From assembly GCA_027319565.1 (NCBI GenBank), contig DAHVNA010000011.1, forward strand, positions 1 to 52,096: 52,096 nucleotides of DNA, written 5' to 3'. Origin of the DNA: Elusimicrobiota bacterium. Its GTDB lineage: Bacteria; Elusimicrobiota; Elusimicrobia; UBA1565; UBA9628. The first letter of the stretch is position 1, and each line of letters starts with the position of its first letter. The position numbers and the translations under genes were made by a program. Positions 46,643-52,096 of this stretch are shown here, piece by piece. The notes under the pieces were generated by a model. It saw nothing but the letters and a program-made list of their open reading frames with translations. It had not been told where the DNA came from and searched no databases.

Positions 46643-47023
46643 ATGTCGGATTATTTGGGGGCTTTGCCCGACAAAAAATTTTTCACCATGGGCGAGGTTT
46701 GCCGCTTTTGCCAGATTAAGCCCTATACGTTAAGGTATTGGGAAAAACGCATTGGCCTTCCCCGCCCGTCTCGAATACCCAGCGGGCATCGCCGTTACGA
46801 GCGCAAGGACATCGTCTCTCTTCTGCGGCTCAAAGAACTCATCATCGATCAAAAGGTGACGCTCTTGGGCGCGCGAAAAACCGTTTTAAAAGAATTCAAG
46901 AAAGGAGGCAGGGAAACGCCCAGCGTCTCTAAAATTTCCACGACCCCTGACCCCTCGTTTTTTAAGGCCTTGGAAGAAATTCGCCAAGAGTTGCGCGCGG
47001 CAGTCAGGGAACTTTCATCTTAA
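46643..47023 (+). CDS. MerR-family HTH regulator (IHF-linked type)
   Basis: PDKKFFTMGEV...KPYTLRYWE...SGHRRY. Conserved IHF-merR-tRNA-Pro synteny. Confidence 0.88.
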   Translation: MSDYLGALPDKKFFTMGEVCRFCQIKPYTLRYWEKRIGLPRPSRIPSGHRRYERKDIVSLLRLKELIIDQKVTLLGARKTVLKEFKKGGRETPSVSKISTTPDPSFFKALEEIRQELRAAVRELSS

Positions 47024-47094
47024 TTCAAATTTTTATAGAGTATGGAGCTCCAGATAGTTTGAGGGCTTTGATTTTTCGAGGTTTTTTGTTTTTT

Positions 47095-47166
47095 CGGGGA
47101 CTGGCTCAATGGTAGAGCGCTCCCTTGGGGTGGGAGAGACTCCGGGTTCGATTCCCGGGTCCCCGA
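47095..47166 (+). tRNA. tRNA-Pro (GGG)
   Basis: Acceptor CGGGGAC/GTCCCCG, anticodon arm CTCCC-TTGGGGT-GGGAG, T arm CCGGG-TTCGATT-CCCGG. Confidence 0.95.
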
Positions 47167-47201
47167 TGTTTTATCTAGTTCATTCCCGAAAAAACGATTT
47201 A

Positions 47202-47274
47202 CGGGGCATAGCTCAATTGGCAGAGCGCTTGGTTCGGGACCAAGAGGTTCTGAGTTCAAATCTCAGTGCCCCGA
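47202..47274 (+). tRNA. tRNA-Pro (CGG)
   Basis: Acceptor CGGGGCA/TGCCCCG, anticodon arm CTTGG-TTCGGGA-CCAAG, T arm CTGAG-TTCAAAT-CTCAG. Confidence 0.95.
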
Positions 47275-47282
47275 GTTTTTAG

Positions 47283-47555
47283 ATGAAGCGGATTCATTTC
47301 ATTGCCGGCGGCGATGTCCAAGGGGTGGGATTGCGTTGGTCGGCCCAGGAATTCGCAGAAGCCTTGGGTCTCTCGGGGTGGATCCGCAATAGAGAAGATG
47401 GAATGGTGGAAGGAGAAGTTCAAGGCGCAGACCCCAAGATTAAAGAGTTCATGAAAAAATTAGAAACGGGCCTGGGACGAGCAAAGATCGCCTCCTTGGT
47501 TCAAGAAGCGCGTCCTGTTCAAGAATCAGAATTAGGGTTTAATATCCGTCGTTAA
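47283..47555 (+). CDS. acyP: Acylphosphatase
   Basis: GDVQGVGLR, GLSGWIRNREDGMVE, C-terminal FNIR. Confidence 0.9.
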   Translation: MKRIHFIAGGDVQGVGLRWSAQEFAEALGLSGWIRNREDGMVEGEVQGADPKIKEFMKKLETGLGRAKIASLVQEARPVQESELGFNIRR

Positions 47556-47573
47556 AAAATACTAGGAGAACGC

Positions 47574-48647
47574 ATGACTGAAGCAAGCATTGATTCGCTC
47601 AACCAGTATTTTAAGGGCATACAAAAACTTCCGCCCGTAGATCGTGAAGAAATGCACAAGCTTTGGAAACGGGCCAAGCGAGGCGACCATGAAGCCAAGA
47701 AACGCATCATGGAGCTTAATTTGCGCCTGGTAGTTCCCATCGCGAAAAAATATCACCGGCAAGGCATCGATTTCATGGATTTAGTTGAGGAAGGCAACAT
47801 CGGCCTTATTCGCTCCATTGAAAAATTCGATCCACGGAAAGGATTTCGTTTTTCAACTTATTCTTCTTATTGGATAGAACAATCCATCCGCCGCGCGGTT
47901 GAAGAGCAGTCAAAAACCATCCGCGTTCCTCCCCATGCTTGGGAGGCCTTGCGAAAATGGCTGAGAGAATGGGAGAAGATGCGCACTAAACTTGGACGAG
48001 AACCGAGTTTGGTAGAGATGGCCAAAAAAATGCGCTGGAACGCAAGGCAGGTGCGCGCCGTTTTAGACACCGCCGAGGCGACCCGCGGAATTGGATCTCT
48101 TGACGCCCCCATCGACAGCGAGGAAGAAAATTTGACGGTAGAAAACACCCTTTCAGATTCGGAGAATAATTCTCCCGACAACCTTCTTTCGGTACTTAAA
48201 CTCCACGACGAGCTCAACGAGGCCATTCGCGAAATCGGCAACCGCGAACGCATGATTATCGAGCTTCGCTACGGCCTCACCGGTCAAAATCCGATGACCC
48301 TTGAAGAGGTAGGCAAACGCCTGCGGCTTTCAAGAGAGAGAATCCGTCAAATTGAGGAAAGAGCTTTATTGCGCTTAAGACGGGTGTCAAACCGAATGGG
48401 CCTCATTGAAGTTGAAGACTCAAAATACAAGACGCCCAATCTCCAGCCAGGCTGGCATGCCCATCCGGAGAGAACCGATATTCTGGGCCATCCCGTTCTC
48501 CGCAGGAAGAAATCATCCAACGAGCTCTCACTCATGCGGCGAAGAATTCCGCGGCTCACTCAAACCCTTTTAAAAAGCAAACGCAAAAAAGCGGCAAGCA
48601 AACACTCACTTAAAACCCATCATCCTAAAAAAAGCAAGAGGAAATAA
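47574..48647 (+). CDS. Sigma-70 family RNA polymerase sigma factor, group 2/RpoS-like, with basic C-terminal tail
   Basis: Region 1.2 DSLNQYF, region 2 NLRLVV.IAKKY...DLVEEGNIGL...EKFDP.KGFRFSTY, region 3 SLDAP, region 4 TLEEVG...SRERIRQIE. No region 1.1. Confidence 0.9.
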   Translation: MTEASIDSLNQYFKGIQKLPPVDREEMHKLWKRAKRGDHEAKKRIMELNLRLVVPIAKKYHRQGIDFMDLVEEGNIGLIRSIEKFDPRKGFRFSTYSSYWIEQSIRRAVEEQSKTIRVPPHAWEALRKWLREWEKMRTKLGREPSLVEMAKKMRWNARQVRAVLDTAEATRGIGSLDAPIDSEEENLTVENTLSDSENNSPDNLLSVLKLHDELNEAIREIGNRERMIIELRYGLTGQNPMTLEEVGKRLRLSRERIRQIEERALLRLRRVSNRMGLIEVEDSKYKTPNLQPGWHAHPERTDILGHPVLRRKKSSNELSLMRRRIPRLTQTLLKSKRKKAASKHSLKTHHPKKSKRK

Positions 48648-49165
48648 TGAGCGCCCAATTAAAAGAATCAATCGTTGACGTCCCCGATTTTCCAAAGCCG
48701 GGAATCGTATTTAAAGATATCACTCCTCTTTTGGCTGACGCCAAGGCTTTTAAATCCGCCATCGATCAGATGGCGGATCCTTTTAAGGACGCAAAAATCG
48801 GCATCGTCGCCGGAATCGAGTCCCGCGGATTTTTGCTCGCCACCCCGATCGCTTATCGCCTGGGAGCCGGAGTCATCCTGGTCCGCAAGAAAGGAAAGCT
48901 TCCCCGGAAAACCGTGTCTGTCAACTATGATTTGGAATACGGACAAGACGTTCTTGAAGCCCACGCCGACGCGTTTCCCGCGGGGACAAACATCTTATTA
49001 GTCGATGACGTCTTAGCGACCGGCGGAACGGCCCAAGCCGCTTGTCGGCTTTTAGAAAAAATCGGCGGAAAAATCGCGGGGCTGGCGTTTTTACTTGAGC
49101 TTAGAGCTCTCAAAGGCCGGCAAAAATTAACCGGTCAGCGCATTCATTCTCTGTTAGAGTATTGA
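48647..49165 (+). CDS. apt: Adenine phosphoribosyltransferase
   Basis: PDFPKPGIVFKDITPL, GIESRGF, RKKGKLP, YDLEYG, VDDVLATGGT. Confidence 0.97.
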   Translation: MSAQLKESIVDVPDFPKPGIVFKDITPLLADAKAFKSAIDQMADPFKDAKIGIVAGIESRGFLLATPIAYRLGAGVILVRKKGKLPRKTVSVNYDLEYGQDVLEAHADAFPAGTNILLVDDVLATGGTAQAACRLLEKIGGKIAGLAFLLELRALKGRQKLTGQRIHSLLEY

Positions 49166-49178
49166 AGAATCTCTTTGA

Positions 49179-49250
49179 GCCCCGATAGCTCAATGGATAG
49201 AGCTACTCCGTCCTAAGGAGAGGATGGGGGTTCGATTCCCTCTCGGGGCA
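49179..49250 (+). tRNA. tRNA-Arg (CCT)
   Basis: Acceptor GCCCCGA/TCGGGGC, D arm GCTC-AATGGATA-GAGC, anticodon CTCC-GTCCTAA-GGAG, T loop TTCGATT. Confidence 0.9.
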
Positions 49251-49297
49251 GTTTTAGGGGCATATTTTTTGTTATCTTTTGAAGGGGAGAAAACCAA

Positions 49298-50044
49298 ATG
49301 GGAACTCATTGGGCTCGGCAACAGGCAAGGAACAACGAATTGGAAGGCAGCGTCGCTAAAACGATTCTTTGGATCAAAGCTAATAGAAAAATTTCTGGGA
49401 TTATCGCTGGAACTGTCCTTGTCGCCTGTCTAATAGGATGGACGGCATACCACAATTTCAAGGTCCATCAAAATAAGGCATGGGAAAAGCTCGGTTTGGC
49501 GGAGGGATTGTACGCCGCCGAACATAAAAACAAGGCCTTCTCCGAAATCAAATCCCTTGAATCTCAGTATCTCAACACCCCGGCGGCCGGCTATGGACTT
49601 TTATTTGCCGGCGATGTCTCTTATTCCACCGGAGATTATACGACAGCCGAATCCTATTACCGGCAATTGGAAGCGACCAATTCCCAAGCCCTGACTCCCT
49701 TCGCTCTTAACGATTTGGCTTTAACATATGAGGCCGCGAAATTATGCGACAAAGCCGAAATTGAAGCCCAGAAATTCCTCAACCTGTATCCAGATCATTT
49801 CCTCGCGCCCCAGGTTCACTCCGTTTTAGCCCGCTGCTATGAAGCCCAGGGGAAAATGGAAGACGCAAAAGTCGCCTATCAGAAGATAGCTTTAGAGTAT
49901 CCAAACACCTATTTTGCCGCTTGGGCCCAAGATAAAATTTCGCCCAAGGGGGGGAAATCAGATTCTAAAAAAACGGCTGAAACCGCGCCTAAAACCGGTT
50001 TTCAATCCCCTCAAAAGCCTCAAAAGCGCCCACGAAAAACTTGA
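49298..50044 (+). CDS. Membrane-anchored TPR protein (YfgM-like)
   Basis: One TM helix followed by TPR motifs (YPDHFLAP..LARCYE..GK.EDAK.AYQKI..EYP). Confidence 0.8.
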   Translation: MGTHWARQQARNNELEGSVAKTILWIKANRKISGIIAGTVLVACLIGWTAYHNFKVHQNKAWEKLGLAEGLYAAEHKNKAFSEIKSLESQYLNTPAAGYGLLFAGDVSYSTGDYTTAESYYRQLEATNSQALTPFALNDLALTYEAAKLCDKAEIEAQKFLNLYPDHFLAPQVHSVLARCYEAQGKMEDAKVAYQKIALEYPNTYFAAWAQDKISPKGGKSDSKKTAETAPKTGFQSPQKPQKRPRKT

Positions 50045-50076
50045 TCGCCCCATTTTTTCGACTTCAATCCTAGGCC

Positions 50077-51483
50077 ATGCAGAGAAAAGGAAAACTGTTC
50101 TTGCCAGTCCTAGCGATTTTTTCTCTGTTGCGCCCTTTCAATGCTAGAGCGACCAATCTTGACTTATCCGCCGGCTATAACGTCAGCGCTCTTTCTTATT
50201 CAAATCTCAATTACGATCCTTCTCAAAAAGACAATCAGGATTATATCGCCAATGACGCCACGCTTGGAATTGCGGTCCGCAACATCGATCTGCCCGATTC
50301 TTGGAATGGAACAACCATGGACATCGGCATTAAATTCCACGCCCTTGGGGTTTCAGGATCGACCGTCGCTTTAAAAGGATCTCCTTTTGGGCAAATTGCG
50401 TCAAATTATCCCAATACCGCCTTAACTCCTTTCATGGAGAATGCCTATATCCGCATTCACCATATTTTGGGGAAATCGATAGAAGCGACCATCGGGAGAC
50501 AAAATTTCGTCTTGGGAAGCGGGCTTCTCTTGGATGATGACGGCGCCGGATTTACCGGAGCTACGCTCAAGGGCAATCTTCCTTTCTGGGAAACCTCGCT
50601 TGAGGGGTTCTATTTCAATACCAGCCATTCTATTTATAATGACAGCTATGCCGCCCCGGCTTCCAGTTTTCTAGCTCCCGACGGGCTCAACCTCGCTGGA
50701 TTTACATTCGCGATTCCCACAGACGGCATGTGGGAACTCAACGAACTAGTCGAAAACGGGAATGGCCCGGAAATTGATCCCGGACTAGGCGACACTCTGA
50801 CCTCTGCCACAAGAAGCTTTACCAGCCTCCGCTATCAGATCAATTATGGTTCTCTCGTTTTTGACGGCGAAGCCGCCATGGAAAAGGGACAAGCGACCAC
50901 CAACGGAGCCAATGGCGCGCCCAGTTCCATTACTTACAATGGAAACGCAGCGGTGGTCAGAGCCAAGTGGAAACAACCTCTTTACAAAGTGGGGGAGGGA
51001 ATTGCGCATGTAGCCTTAGCCCACGGCAGCGGAGCGACTCCGGGAGAAACGGGAACCGACACCGCTTTTTTCCCCGCGCATGGGCACCAATTTGACGGGC
51101 TTCAAAGAGACGGGTTCGGAGCTTTCTTTGCCGCCACCCCCTACGCCGCGCTGGGAACCGCTCCCACCGCCAGCGGGCTACCCCAAGGCGCCACAGGAAT
51201 TGATGTCGTCAGCGGAGGTTATACCCCTCCGGCATATGATAATGTCGCCCTGGATCTGGATTATTTCCTCTACCGGGCCGATCAAGTCGCCAGCGGCTCA
51301 AGAAATTTGGGAGATGAATGGGATATCACCTTTAGGCGCAGTTTTAGAAGCAGCCTGACTCTTTCCTTGACTGGAGCCGTCTTTCTAGCAGGCCCCGCTG
51401 CGGTTGCGGGATATCCCAACACTTCCGCCCCTGCCGGAGATATCGCAACTCTTATATCTTTAAGCGCTTCCGGCCGATTTTAA
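50077..51483 (+). CDS. Putative outer-membrane beta-barrel protein (alginate-export-like)
   Basis: Signal peptide, ENAYI...IGRQNFVLGSGLLLDDDG, LGDEWD, amphipathic strands, C-terminal Phe. Confidence 0.7.
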   Translation: MQRKGKLFLPVLAIFSLLRPFNARATNLDLSAGYNVSALSYSNLNYDPSQKDNQDYIANDATLGIAVRNIDLPDSWNGTTMDIGIKFHALGVSGSTVALKGSPFGQIASNYPNTALTPFMENAYIRIHHILGKSIEATIGRQNFVLGSGLLLDDDGAGFTGATLKGNLPFWETSLEGFYFNTSHSIYNDSYAAPASSFLAPDGLNLAGFTFAIPTDGMWELNELVENGNGPEIDPGLGDTLTSATRSFTSLRYQINYGSLVFDGEAAMEKGQATTNGANGAPSSITYNGNAAVVRAKWKQPLYKVGEGIAHVALAHGSGATPGETGTDTAFFPAHGHQFDGLQRDGFGAFFAATPYAALGTAPTASGLPQGATGIDVVSGGYTPPAYDNVALDLDYFLYRADQVASGSRNLGDEWDITFRRSFRSSLTLSLTGAVFLAGPAAVAGYPNTSAPAGDIATLISLSASGRF

Positions 51484-51507
51484 GCCTAAAACCCCTCCAT
51501 AAATTGG

Positions 51508-51528
51508 TTTTCCACAGACTTGTCCACA
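51508..51528 (+). promoter_or_regulatory. Two tandem DnaA-box-like 9-mers
   Basis: TTTTCCACA (51508-51516) and TTGTCCACA (51520-51528), each one mismatch from TTATCCACA, in an intergenic region. Confidence 0.55.
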
Positions 51529-51585
51529 ACTCCATAGACATATAAATGGCATAAAATTGCCATAAAAAGGCTTATTTTGTATTAT

Positions 51586-52096
51586 ATGTCACACGTTATG
51601 TCATTACCTGAGGATAATCCCGCCAAAAAACTGCGTATTCGTTTCCCCAACGGCTTTGAATTTGAGGCGATGGGCCCCGAAGAATTCATTAAAGAGCAAA
51701 TCCAACGATTCCTAGGCCAACAAAATAACAACTCAACAACAGCAACAGGCCCGGAAACAGAAAGCGGCAACCCAGCGAAGATTCAATGGGAAAAAATAGC
51801 GGAAAAATCACAAAACGACCTATTATTAAGGAGCAAACTCGAAAACCTAGGGCAAGCAGCCGAGGCCTGCCTTGTTCTAATGGCGGCAAGCAAAAATCTT
51901 GCCAACAACCCAAGGCCCAGCGCTCTTGAATTGGCCCGCTGGCTAAGAAGATCAGGATACCCCATCGACAGAATTGACCGAATCATAAAAAATGCCGTAA
52001 AAATCGGCGATATTCTCATTTCCGGATCACGAAGGGGGCGCAAATATGAGTTAAGCCCCGGCGGCAGGCTCAAAGCTCTGCTAATCGCGGAAAAAT
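51586..52096 (+). CDS. Hypothetical protein, probable C-terminal winged helix (3'-truncated by the window)
   Basis: Open frame from ATG 51586 (or 51598) to the window end, missed by the ORF track: KLRIRFPNGFEFEAMG...ALELARWLRRSGY...GRKYELSPGGRLKA. Confidence 0.7.
   Translation, partial: MSHVMSLPEDNPAKKLRIRFPNGFEFEAMGPEEFIKEQIQRFLGQQNNNSTTATGPETESGNPAKIQWEKIAEKSQNDLLLRSKLENLGQAAEACLVLMAASKNLANNPRPSALELARWLRRSGYPIDRIDRIIKNAVKIGDILISGSRRGRKYELSPGGRLKALLIAEK

Noticed and set aside
47020..47259. 79-aa minus-strand ORF; also 49224..49433 on plus
   Set aside because: They overlap tRNA-Pro and tRNA-Arg genes and are artefacts.
51547..51560. Sigma-54 promoter TGGCA...TTGC
   Set aside because: GG-to-GC spacing is 9 nt on both strands, whereas sigma-54 requires 10.
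51582..52073. Three short minus-strand ORFs at the window end
   Set aside because: Antisense to the continuous plus-strand ORF starting at 51586.

Overview
Gene-dense chromosomal segment of a diderm bacterium. The combination of PorV/PorQ-family protein, YPNP-type C-terminal sorting domain, TPR-SpoIID and Bat operon suggests Elusimicrobiota, but this is inference only. From left to right: (1) a minus-strand efflux cluster TolC-RND-small ORF-RND-TolC with no membrane-fusion adaptor, divergent from an NhaR-like LysR gene and followed by tRNA-Gly; (2) MFS, gnd, zwf, HAD, ROK/PPGK and an ABC-2 exporter; (3) TPR-SpoIID, a lipoprotein, rpiB, pgi, kdsC and a CBM48-like protein; (4) a 1729-aa Kelch/FN3 surface protein with a T9SS-type C-terminal domain next to a PorV-family barrel, then HEAT, moxR, DUF58 and the batA-batB/C-batD-batE operon; (5) aspA, fur, miaB, PilZ, miaA, hflX, DUF151, HU/IHF, MerR, two tRNA-Pro, acyP, an RpoS-like sigma, apt, tRNA-Arg, a TPR protein, an outer-membrane barrel and a truncated winged-helix gene. 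No CRISPR array, integrase or transposase was seen. The most interesting unexplained signals are: a 10-nt-periodic, imperfectly inverted repeat element that itself encodes the signal peptides of two (possibly three) exported proteins; a candidate ribosome-arrest leader peptide ending LYRPP in front of an adaptor-less RND pump; a T9SS-like cargo/PorV/Bat module; and two copies of a dRS3/REP-like palindrome.
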